Assembly (NCBI GenBank): GCA_964016885.1 | Contig: OZ024744.1 | Span: forward strand, 78,244,001 to 78,308,000 | Length of the DNA: 64,000 nucleotides | Reading direction: 5' to 3' | Source: Eledone cirrhosa | Lineage: Eukaryota | Shown here: piece by piece, positions 1 to 10,797 of the stretch | Position numbering within the stretch: the first letter of the stretch is position 1 | Layout: each line of letters opens with the position of its first letter | Program-made: the position numbers and the translations under genes | The notes under the pieces: model-generated | Database searches by the model: none | Seen by the model: only the letters and a program-made list of their open reading frames with translations | What the model was told of the DNA's origin: nothing

Positions 1-1206
1 TGTGATTCCCACAGTCGAAGTTTTCTCTCAAAAGCAGTAATTTGACCAAACATCTCAAATACAATCTTGTTCTTTCCTTGAAGCTCAAGATTCAAAGTGT
101 TCATGTGGGTCGTGATGTCCACTAAAAAACTTGACAACCCACTGTGGATCCTGAAAGTAAGAATTATCTTTGTCTTTGCTCTCTAAAAATTTAAAAATCT
201 CTTCTCTCAATGCATATATACTTGTTCTATCATTTTTCCGCGGCTAAGCCATCAAACATTTGAAAATATGTAAGGTCGCCATACTCTGCTTCAATTTGTT
301 TTGAAACAGGCGGTGATTTAGTCTTCTTGACAGTATAAAATTCACTGTTTTCACGACCACTGCCATGATGTCCTTAAAATTCAGTGACTTTGCACATAAT
401 GCTTCTTGATGAATAATGCAATGAAGTTTGATTAATTTTTGATCAATACCGATGTGGTTTTGGAGCAATGCAACAAACCCCTTTTTCTCTCCGACCATTG
501 CTGGTGGTCCATCTGTGATTACTCCAGAAAGCTTTCATAAATCCAGATTCATTTCGGTAATCCATTTTATTATGCTTTCCAAAATATCTGCTCCAGTGCT
601 AGTGTCCTTCATAAGAATCAATTGTACAAATTCTTCCACAATATCAAATGTTGGTGTTACACCCCTCACAAACACTGCAAGTTGACAAGTATCCTTCATA
701 TCTGTGGTTTCATCGATAACAATGGAATTATACTCCAGATTATTTAAAATGCCCTTCAAGCCACTTCTGACATTTGCTGCCAGCTCTTCAATTTGCCTTG
801 TTACTGTTCTTGCTGATAAGCTGATCGCAGAAAATAATTCCCTTTTATCTGGACAAACAACATCTGCTACCTTCAACAATAATTCTTTTTTCATCCTTTC
901 TGCAATTAGTTTTGACACCTCGTAGCTAGCACGAGTGTTTCAGTCACTTTCTTCAACTTTTCTAGTGAAAAAGGATGATTGCTTTGTTACATTATTTCTC
1001 AGCCATGCAACTTCGTTTACTCGTGCTTTTCCAGTAAAACTGTTGTAATGATTATGACGAGTTTCATAGTGCCGTTTCAAGGCAATGGTTTTTTGATAAA
1101 TTAAGCAAACACATTTTCCGAAGTGCTCAATGAAAAAATAGCTAAGTGTCCAGCCATCGTTAAAAGTTCGGCACTCCAAATCCACTTTTCTTTTCTTAGC
1201 TTCCAT
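1..1206 (-). pseudogene. GTF2IRD2/SPIN-like hAT transposase, frameshifted
   Basis: Successive ORF pieces carry MEAKKRKVD..ECRTF..W..YFF, DETTD.KDT.QLAVFVRG (catalytic D), MVGEKKG and HCIIHQEALC (CxxH), split over three ORFs. Confidence 0.9.
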
Positions 1207-2062
1207 GGGCTTGTTTTTGTTCAAACAAAAAAGATTTATGGAAAGGAAAAAGAACAAAAAGTATAATAATCAGAATGAAGAAATAAGAAACAATGAAAAC
1301 AAATGTAAATGCAAATACAGTAATACGATAAAATATGATAATTGTGAATAAATTATATAAAACCAGGTTTCTAACGACGTTGTTAGATCAGGGTTGCCAT
1401 TTGTTTTTTTAAACCACTTTTGGCCTAATTCTAATAATAATAATTCACACAATTTATCACAAATAATTAAATAACCGTTATTATCGAATAAAGATACCTA
1501 CTGTATAGTTATTATACCACTAGACAACAAACTCAAATGAAAATACTCTGGAGAGGAGGGAACGAAGTAATTTTTCCAAGGACAACTTTACCTTGTACGG
1601 GGGGCACAGGTAAGGTCAGGCAAACGAAGACGACAATAATTCACGAGTGATTTTATTGAATGACAAAATGGGTATAAAAGCGAGTCATGTGAAACGTAAG
1701 GTAGTATACCTTCCAGTCGCTGACGAAAATTCATACTTCCAGTCAACATTTCTGTTTGCTGACTGGAACAAAAACACATACATGAAATCACAGGAAATAA
1801 TAATACAGGTGATATAATGCTTGGCGGAGAGTCCAGAAAAAGATGGATAAGAGGAAATAATAATAAATGGAAAATATAATAAGGTTTAAAGGTATCTGTA
1901 AATATATACGGTATGAGCAGCGATTTGTGATGGGTATCAGGTCGGCACAACCTTGAAGTGAACTACTGTATCTGTATTCGATACTAATTAGATAATTAGT
2001 GTCCAGTGTAAGATGGCAGGCCGGACAAAAATCACTCGAGGGCCGGGGTTTGCCGACCCTTG
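1..2062 (-). mobile_element. hAT DNA transposon (Charlie/SPIN/Buster group), decayed; other end lies outside the window
   Basis: The minus-strand terminus reads CAAGGGTCGGCAAAC from 2062, similar to the Charlie-type TIR CAGGGGTCGGCAAAC. It is followed by the 8-mer GTCTATAC (2063-2070), close to the NTCTAGAN target consensus. The element contains a transposase pseudogene. Confidence 0.85.
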
Positions 2063-2459
2063 GTCTATACAAATCCACTCTGATTGACTTCAAACGTCAT
2101 CATCATCATCGTTTTACATCCGTTCTTCCACGCTAGCATGGGTTAGACGGGTTGTCGTGTTGTGGGTGTGGGCAGTGTCCAGTAGGCTGACTTTGTCTTG
2201 CTCATACAGGAACTGATTCTGGCTTGAGTTCTACAGCTGGATGCCCTTCCTAACACCAACCTCATTTACAGTGAGTGCTGGGTGCTTTTTTCCGTGGTGC
2301 CTACACGTCCACTTTACAGTGTGGGCAGGGTGCTTTTTTTGCTGTGGCACCTCCACGACCAGTTTGCAGTGGGAGGGTGATTTATATATTCCTTGCGGTA
2401 TAAAGATATTAACTGCAACATTTATTTTTTCAATTTTCTGTCGTTAAAGGGCTGTTAGG
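2063..2459 (+). mobile_element. Fragment of the non-autonomous Helitron family seen at 18081-19229, interrupted by an RTE 3' end
   Basis: 2063-2095 and 2381-2459 are the reverse complement of about 19060-19180 (ttgaagtcaatcagag...tgtatagac; aattgaaaaataaa..tgcagttaatatcttta). Confidence 0.75.
2096..2380 (-). mobile_element. RTE LINE 3' UTR fragment with (GAT)n tail
   Basis: A (cat)n run followed by gttttacatccgttcttccacgctagcatgggttagacggg, near-identical to the 3' end of the RTE copy at 10798-12573. Confidence 0.85.
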
Positions 2460-2634
2460 CAGTGGCGTAACTAACGCCCCCCCCCCCCGGCTCTCCTGTC
2501 GGTCTAGGTGGGCCCGCTAGGCTATAATTCTAAACACATAACTTAACAACGTAAAGAAAACGCTTAATCTCTAATAAGACTAGAAGTTAAGACCAATCTC
2601 TTGTTTATTTAAAAAATATAATATTTCGGATAAA

Positions 2635-2881
2635 ATGGCAACTGCATCTAAAAAAAAGTGTAGACAATATTCCGTCGAATAAAAACGTTAAATTTGTTTT
2701 ACTTGCTTTCCCCACATCTTATTTAGTTGAGTCAGGTTTCAGTCAGGTGATGCATCTGCTTTCAAAAAGTCAAAATCGACTTGATATAGAAAGAAGAGGT
2801 GATTTACGACTCTCTCTAACGGCTTTCACACCAAACATTGACAAATTAGTAGCCTTGCATCAATCACAGAGATCTCATTAA
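2635..2881 (+). pseudogene. Internally deleted Buster/Charlie (SCAND3/ZBED5-like) hAT transposase: N-terminus joined to C-terminus
   Basis: My translation gives MATASKKKCRQYSVE* from 2635, then KFVLLAFPTSYLVESGFSQVMHLLSKSQNRLDIERRGDLRLSLTAFTPNIDKLVALHQSQRSH* ending at 2881 (hATC dimerisation-domain end). Confidence 0.75.
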
Positions 2882-3634
2882 AAACCGATTATTATATTCT
2901 TTGATTTTAAATATAAATAAATGATTTGATATCTAAATTCTATATTATTCTATTTGTTTGAAATGTTGTAATACATGCTTATGTTATTCTCGATACTCAG
3001 GTTTTTAACCTAATATTTAATTAAAAGTATAATTATGCATGAGTATATACACACAAATATCTATATCTATATATTGTGTGTATATATAGAAAAAATATAT
3101 ATAATATTTTTATTTATGTTGTTATTTTTTATCATTAGTCACATTTTAGAACAATTTGGTATTTGCGACATTTCCTGGACTTTTGCTCTATGTTTTGTTT
3201 TTCATCGATTATTTGACGTATTTTACATTCTTCGGTGTTGAATATCAAATAAAGCAAATTGCATTATTCCAAGTGTGTCAATATAGTGTTCATTGTGGGT
3301 ATGGGTGTGGTGTGTAGTGGCCGGAGGCTGGGCGTGCTTGACCGGAAGCATGCTCGACCAGCAGATGTGACGTCAGCTTGAGAGGCCCCTTTCTCTTCTA
3401 CGGCGGTCATTGGACTGAGACAGATGTGCGATTTGAGGTTACGATCGGCGAGCTGGATTGTACACAAGTGGAAGAGACTTTGCCAGGACCAGAGAAATGC
3501 AGTAAGTGAAGTGGCTTTCTAATCACAAGCTATTTCGGCACTTAAAGACTTGTAGAAAAAAAAAAAGAAAAAGGAAGAATTTTTTTTAAAGACAAAGCCA
3601 CTGGAAAACAGTGTCAATATAGTGCTCATTAACA

Positions 3635-5830
3635 ATGCTGCCTAAAAAAACTTACAAAACTGGAGCAACAAAGAGGAGAGAAGCTAGACAAGCTGCCACG
3701 GAAGAATCTGCAAAGAAATGTCATCTAATCACAAGTTTTCTGAAAAGTCAACAGTCTTCGTCAACAAGTAGTGAGAGATCCCAAAGCAACGTAACTGCCG
3801 GAATTTCCGGCGAGTCGGTCTGGTCAGATGAACTGGAGAAACAGAAAGCACTGGAGAGACACGAGAACCTGACGTTGAAGATGCCTCAGGTCCATCGACT
3901 ATCTGAACAACCGTCGTAGTCACTGAAGATGTAGTTCCAACTGGGGATCCGAACTCAATAGAGGGGAAAATGGCTGTATCGGAATCTGAAAATGAAAATG
4001 ATTCAGAGGAAACTACATTGGCAAAACAAATCCCAGTGTATGAGCCAGTAGAATGCATGTTGAATTTACAAGATAAGTATCCAAGCGACCCGAAACATTT
4101 CGAGGGCAGACCATTGACGACACCTCTAATTCGCACCCTCATGGCCGTTGGTCCTTGTCAGCCAGGATTGAAAGATAATTTTGCTGATTTCCCTCTCGAC
4201 TCGAACCACAGAAAATTCAACATCAGTTGGTACAAGAGAAAGTGTGCTGGAATCCATAAAGTTGACCAACACTAGTTAGTATACTCTCCTGAATCCAACA
4301 GACTATATTGCTTTTGTTGGCTGTTTGCTGATAAAAATGCTGAATCTTACTCAAAGACTTGGGGTAATCCAGAGTGTGGATGGCAAACTTCAAAAAGGGA
4401 ATCGAAAAAATTGCCAAGCATGAGAAAAGTGCCATTCACATCAATGCACAAAAGCAATACTTCATGACAAAATATCGTTTGGACGCAGATAAAACAGTGA
4501 TCGATAACCTCATCCATGAAGAGAAGAATCGAATTGAACGAAATCGCCAGATATTGAAGCGAGTGCTTGATTGTACGTTATTTCTCGCAAAACAAGGCCT
4601 GGCCTTCAGAGGTCACAGGGAATATGTTGGACTTGGCGCCAAATCAGAAAATGAAGGAAACTATTGAATTGTTGAAATTGATGGCCAAGTATGATACGAT
4701 CTTGGAAAGCCATTTATTCTCGCCTGGGCGCACTAAAAGACAGCCTATGTACTTAAGTCCAAAATTACAAGACAAATTCATAGAATGCCTGGCAAACGAA
4801 TGTACTCAACAAATAATCACAGAAGTGAAAGCGGCAAAATACTATTCAGTCATCGTCGATTCCACAATAGACATTTCGCATCAGGATCAATGCTCTGTGT
4901 CACTGCAATACGTATCGAAAAGTGGCCATGCACAGGAGCATTTCCTGTCATTTTGTGAACTAGAATCAGCAGCCACTGAATCATTTTATGATACGCTTGT
5001 GAAAGTTCTTTTCCAGGATCTATCCTTGGATGCTCAATATATTAGGGGACAAGCTTACGACGGAGCGTCGAATATGTCCGGCCATATTTCTGGGCTTCAG
5101 GCTAGAGTTAAAGAGGGATGCTCTTCAAAAGCTGTTTATGTCCATTGTTGCGCTCATAACCTGAACCTGGTGTTAATCGATGCTAGCCAATCATCAGTGG
5201 ATGGTAAATTATTTTTTGGTATATTGGAGAGCCTGTATGTTTTCTTAACATCAAGCTTGCCAAGGCTGAAAATCCTCGAAGAAGAACAAGAAAAACTATT
5301 GACTTCAACGGTATTAACATTAAAAAAGACTCTCAGATACGCACTGGTTTAGTCACATTCAGGCTGTAGAGGCTACCATTAACAACTTACCGGCAGTAAT
5401 AAGTGCACTAGAGAGGATAATAAGTGGAGATGTTCACAACACTGCTCCAAAAGTATTAGCCGAGGCCAGAGGTTTGCTACTAAATGTGGGCAAGTTTGAA
5501 TTCATTTTCATGTTGAAGTTTTTTTAGAATTTACTTAAAAAGCACAATATTTGTAGAAGGAGGCTATCGACTTATATTCCGCGGACATCATGATTAAAAT
5601 GTAGTAAAAGAAATTGAATATTTTGACCGAACATTATCAGACGCTAAAAATCTTGCCGAGCAATGTCAAGTTTTAACCAGAGTTTACAACAGAAAAACGA
5701 AAAAGAAAAAAAAAGCGTTTTCATGACGAAAATGTACATAGAGCGAGAACTGGCTGAAAATATTGACTTCAGCATCGTGATTGAAACATTTTCTAAAGTA
5801 AAACATTGCAAATTAGAACTGTAGAACAAG
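3635..5830 (+). pseudogene. ZMYM1-like (TTF zinc finger/DUF4371) hAT transposase, frameshifted
   Basis: Motifs GPCQP, HEKS..H, LAKQGLAFRGH.E, YYSVIVDSTIDISH.DQ, GQAYDGASNMSG..GLQ and YVHCCAHNLNL are spread across several ORFs. Confidence 0.9.
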
Positions 5831-6040
5831 TGATGTGCTCGAATGTGAAAGTAAAGTTTTAGATGGACGATTTGTTGTACTTACGAATTTTTGTTGGTCA
5901 ATAATCGATTGCAAAACTAGTTTTATTGGATGTTTTTTTTTTTTCTGAAGATAGACCACCGTCTTCGCAGTTAATAAAGTTTTCACAGAACATGCTAACT
6001 CTGTAATCTATGATGCTGTCTACTCTATTATAAATTATTA

Positions 6041-6707
6041 TCTATTCTATATGCGTGTATGAACATATTTCCTTGCAGCCGAAATGGAAATGAGCGAAAT
6101 ACTGCGAAAGCGGCAAGAAAAAAAACAAGGCGGGCAAATTAATCGTCAGTGGAATCTGCTATTCGACGGTCGCAAGATGCTGAACATACTGCTGCCAGAA
6201 GAGCACTTGAAACAGACAACCAACGAACCATTCGCCGAACCGTGTCAGCTTTGTGATGTCTGTCAACAAATCCCAGGGTTAGACCCTAGCTGTTGCTGGT
6301 CTTCTTGAGAAAGAGTCATGTTTTTCACACGGGCAACTATACGTTCGCTACTGAAGAGTGGGAAGCAAGACAAATCTCTTTGCATGGAAGAACAAGGAAC
6401 ATTGTGTACAAAGAGGTGCTACAATCATTGTTTAGGTAGACGAGGCAGAAGGGGATATACATGATTGGCTGAAGAAGGACTGTGTTAGTAGTACGACCAA
6501 CAGACACAAAAACAACAACAAAAAAGAGAGGGAACGCAATTACATGCTTTTGAAAAATATTAATGGAAAATTATTTGCCTAAGCACAAAATGTAGACACC
6601 ATCCCCAGGCAGATGTATTCCGTACTTCTCTGTACTGTTTCAGAAAGGAGGGATAAACATTCCAATCTATGTTTAGAAGCCCAAGCAACGCCGGGCCATT
6701 CTGCTAG
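6041..6707 (+). mobile_element. Non-autonomous Helitron (3' end clear, 5' end uncertain)
   Basis: The 3' subterminal hairpin GCCCAAGCAACGCCGGGC is followed by CTAG|T at 6704-6708, the same end type as at 34846. Confidence 0.6.
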
Positions 6708-6720
6708 TATATATATATAT

Positions 6721-7519
6721 ATAGAACTAAGGGAGAAATTAGGAATAAGAGGAATCAGATGTTGTTTACTTGAGAGAAGACTACGTTGGTACGGTCACGA
6801 GATGCGAATGAAAGACAACAGCTGTATAAAAAAGTGCAGGGCGATAAAAATAGACTTTAGTCACGGAGTAGGCAGACCCAGAAAAACCTGGGATGACTTG
6901 ATAAATTCCGACCTCACACAGTTACACCTTTCCAAGACAATGTCACTGGACCGAGATCTTTGGCGCTACACAGTTATACAGAAGATCCGCCTTGCCTAAG
7001 TACAAAGCGAAACCTACAATCAGTAGACACCTCTAACAAAATACACCCCTGTCCCACTACCCCCACCCCATCCACACCACCCCCTTAAATGTGAAGTTAT
7101 GTTGGTACCACAACATCCAGTCCGAAACAAATGAGGTCGTGTAGGTGTCACGACAAAAAAACACAGTCCACGCTGTAATGTGGCCGTGTAGGTAACATGG
7201 TAAAAACCTCCCAGTACACACTGTAAACGTGGTTGGTGTTGGGAAGGGCACCCAGCCGTAGAAAACCCGCCAGACGTGTAGGTGTCACAACAATAAAACA
7301 CACAGTCCACGCTGTAATGTGGCCGTGTAGGTAACACGGTAAAAACCTCCCAGTCCACACTGTAAACGTGGTTGGTGTTGGAAAGGGCATCCAGCCGTAG
7401 AAAACCCGCCAGACAGTCCTGAGCAAGACAACCAATCTTGCCTCAAGTGGGACAATTCCCGTCCAGACCCATGCTAGCGTGGAAAATGGACGTTAAACGA
7501 TGATGATGATGATGATGAT
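6721..7519 (+). mobile_element. 5'-truncated RTE LINE with tandem duplication in the 3' UTR
   Basis: ELREKLGIRGI...[10 protein letters not shown]...GRPRKTW C-terminus, a roughly 140-bp UTR block repeated (about 7139-7275 and 7277-7412), and a (GAT)n tail. Confidence 0.9.
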
Positions 7520-7782
7520 ATAGTATAAAATAAAATAGAAAATACTTCAGACTTTATAAGCTATTGATACTCTTCAAATTTATAAGTACTGTGCTTTTTT
7601 TCCTTTTCTTTCCTTTTCTTCCTTTTTTTATCAATTCTTTTTTGCATAAGTAAAATATTTTTAAGCTCTTTCTTTAGACAAGAGAAATTGAGGCAGTTGT
7701 TCAGCTTATACCTCTGTGAGAAACAATAATCAGGGAGAAAATTCTAGAGGATTTGGGCATGATAGATAATAGATTGGTTTAG

Positions 7783-8000
7783 CCCTTTAGTATTTGCATT
7801 ACTCTGTATATACTATTATATTTTCACGGTAAAGGCTTTATCTTAAATAATTATCTGACATGTCAAATCTATGAGATTTTGATATTATTTATTTTGAGAA
7901 CAATACCTTAACATCAGTATGAGTGGTCGGTTATGGCCAGTTTGAACAGAAAGAGTTGAGAGAATTCTGGCCAGATATGGCCGGTTTAAATGTTAAAGGG
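7783..8000. mobile_element. piggyBac-like MITE
   Basis: CCCTTTAG...TAAAGGG termini with TTA(G)/TTAA flanks. Copies at 52791 and 62783. Confidence 0.75.
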
Positions 8001-8114
8001 TTAAGCAAAGTGTTTGGAGCTGGTTTTAGAGAGCAAATCGATATATTCTTACAGTGGAACTGTTTCATGCTGACTATAGGAAGAAAATGCAATAGGGACA
8101 ATAACGGCTTCTGA

Positions 8115-8325
8115 TTTAGGCACAAGGCCAACGATGGAGGGGGGGGGGTAAAAGTCGATTAAATCGACCCCGGTGCATTACTGGTACTTTATTTTATCAA
8201 CCTCGTAAGGATGAAAAGCAAAGCTAACCTCGCCGGGATTTGAACTCAGAACTTAAAGGGCCATAACTCTATGCCGCTAAGTATGTTGTCCGACAATTTA
8301 CCGATTCTGCCAAATCCACTGCCTA
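8115..8325 (-). mobile_element. SINE (tRNA-like head, ...tgagttcaaatcc..gcgagg..ctttgc.tttcatcc..gggtcgataaaataaagtaccag family)
   Basis: B-box-like GTTCAAATCC. Dispersed copies at about 23005, 30495 and 53125. Confidence 0.75.
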
Positions 8326-8964
8326 GCGATAATGATTAGAGGTAAATAAACCAGGTAGAATTGAGTAGAGGTGGTACACAAATTGTTAGTTTCAAGAAAG
8401 AAGAATCATTGTAATAAGAAGAGAAAAGAGAAAGGAAGGTATACATAATGTTAGTGTACTAATGGTTGTTGTAATAGTGAGTAACAGCTGTTCTTTCTTA
8501 GCTAAGTGAGCAGTACTTTAATGTGGAGTGGAGTGGGTGTTTGCTTTGAATGGGACCAACAGCTGTTCAGAAGAGAGTGGGAGTGGAGTGCAATTTCTGA
8601 CTCTTCAGAGAAATCTTAGCTAGTTATTGAGGAGGTATTGTGTTGGCTATGTTACAGATATCTGGTCATAATGAGAGATCAGAGATTGTGTCACTGACTG
8701 GTCAGTTTTAAAGCTTGCCAAAGATTTTAGCTGTAGGTCACTCATGAGTAGAGAACATATATTTTGTAGTGTGATTGTGTTGACTATATTTTAAAGAAAC
8801 GAACAGTTGTCATGCTACAGTTGATGGTGTATGCTCTCAAGGTTTTTGTTCTGGAATTTAGCGTATGTTTTATGTAAAGACTCAGGTCATATGTGTATGA
8901 AAGTTTAATGAGCAATGAAAGGGGGCAACATTCTGTATTTATATGTGTGTGTGTCTGTGTTTTA

Positions 8965-9387
8965 AAATAAATATGCACCCCCCCCCCCCTCCCATAGATC
9001 TCCCATGAGGACAGGCTGAAGTATACATCCAGCGAAGCCCCCAGCCCACACTGTAAAGTGGTTGTGTAGGTTTCATGACAAAAAGCACCCAGTCCACGCT
9101 GTAAAATGGTTGTGTAGATGTCATTACAAAAAGCACCCAGCCCACACTGTAAAGTGATCGTGTAGGCGCCACGGTAAAAAGCACCCAGAACTCACTGTAA
9201 ATGAGGTTGGCGTTATGAAGGGCATCCAGCTGTAGAAACGAAGCCAAAATCAGTTCTATATGAGCAAGACATGGTCACCTGACCTAGCATTGCCCACAGC
9301 AGGACAACTGATCTAAGCCATGCTAGATCACCATCACCATTTTACAAAAATGGATGTAAAATGGTGATGGTGATGATGATGATGATA
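8965..9387 (+). mobile_element. RTE LINE 3' UTR fragment
   Basis: Repeated cacactgtaaagtgg sub-repeats, gaagggcatccagctgtagaaa and a (GAT)n tail. Confidence 0.8.
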
Positions 9388-10459
9388 TATATATATATAC
9401 ACAAAGACCATTAAAATATATAAAGAAAATGTAAAAGAACTGATCAAGTCCTGGGGAAGATCAGAATTGATAGAATATAATAAATCAGGAAAGACTGATT
9501 TATTATAAAACTAAACACATCTTATAAGACTGAGCTAAGAAAATGAAACTCTTAATCCAAGAGTTGGGAGATGGGTGGATCCAAGAGGTTAACAATTTTG
9601 TTGAGATATTTTCAAGCCAAATAGCTGAAGGATTTGGCAATATCAAGAGTTTATTGTTCGTGAATTTCTCTTTCACTTGAAAATTTCAACCATTTGGCAG
9701 ACATTGTAACTCCTCCGATAGATGAGCGGTGTTTTGGTAACATGATAAAATTAATTTTCTTGGATAATATCGTGAAAAAAAACAAACAATACAAAACAAT
9801 TAAAAAAAAAATAGAAATAAATGCAAATACCAGCCTTAGAGACTAACTAAGCTGACACTCTGTCTTCTGAATTAGGTCAATAATAACATGACACTATACT
9901 CAAAAAATTAATATACACCGTAGATTAATTTCAAATAGTATCAGTTTTTTCTGTGTTCTGTAAAATCAAAGACTGGTGTAAAACGACTTTATAAAAGCTA
10001 ATGTAATATTGTTAAACATTCAACTGATACTTTGATCTATAGTTTAAGCTAATTCTAGACTTTTGTGGGACATCACTCTCTCTCTCTCTCTCTTTAGGTG
10101 TGTATATGTACGTGTGTGTGTATGTGCGCGTGTAGTTTTCGTGTGATTAAACCAACCAACAAATAAACATTTTTTTTTAATATTATATATAGATATAGAT
10201 ATAGATAAATTAATGATTTTATTTATTATACATTATTAACAATTTGAGTGTAGGCAGGTCTCTCTGGAAATATGGTTGGGAGCAGTGAGGGTTTTACATG
10301 GGTTGAGTGGAGCAGTGGACTAAAAAAGTTTGAGAACCTCTGTAATATAACTTAGCAAAACAAATCTTAAGTAGTTCTGGCACTACAGAAGTTGTACTAA
10401 TGAATTCTGTGAAGGGAAAGAAGGAGACGATTGTATATAACCGACACTACTATTTTTGA

Positions 10460-10720
10460 GACAATAAAAATGAGAGGTGATTGGTTGGTAGAGTCAACTT
10501 TTGAGGAATTAAATAATATTATATGCTACATGAGAATGCTGAGGATGGCTCTGAACAGTAATCAGTATACACTGAGGGTGAAGATCTCAGAGCTGGTCAG
10601 CTCAAAAGTAACACAGACGAAACTGAGGTTAGCTGGATATGTTCACCAACATTCAGAGTTGACGCTGCACTCAGTGATCCTGTGGGAGCCCCCAGAAGAG
10701 GGAGGCCAAGGTGGGAGGGT
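10460..10720 (+). pseudogene. Old LINE (RTE-like) ORF C-terminal remnant
   Basis: YMRMLRMALN...KLRLAGYVHQH.E....VILWEP resembles the C-terminal RLAGH..R..W.P region of RTE-like LINEs. Confidence 0.45.
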
Positions 10721-10797
10721 GGAAGGGATAGCACTGGATGGTATTGCCCTCTTCTTTTATTTTTCAATGGTGCACCTGCACAGTTAGAAAATAGACT

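Larger units (their letters stand above)
2460..5830 (+). mobile_element. hAT transposon, ZMYM1/Tip100-like, 3' end deleted
   Basis: Begins with the TIR-like CAGTGGCGTAACTA at 2460 and contains the transposase pseudogene at 3635-5830. I found no matching right TIR. Confidence 0.7.

Noticed and set aside
5945-5975. CTGAAGA followed by a small hairpin
   Set aside because: No GAAA box or cleavage triplet follows.
6084-6308. 74-aa ORF as a Helitron-captured host exon
   Set aside because: I recognise no motif in it, and it cannot be supported without a database search.
8590-8612. Minus-strand CTGAAGA..GAAA as a hammerhead
   Set aside because: Only 4 nt lie between the boxes, so no stem II can form.
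8330-8770. Possible very old PLE/GIY-YIG remnant on the minus strand
   Set aside because: Too degenerate, and I could not recover a continuous diagnostic motif.
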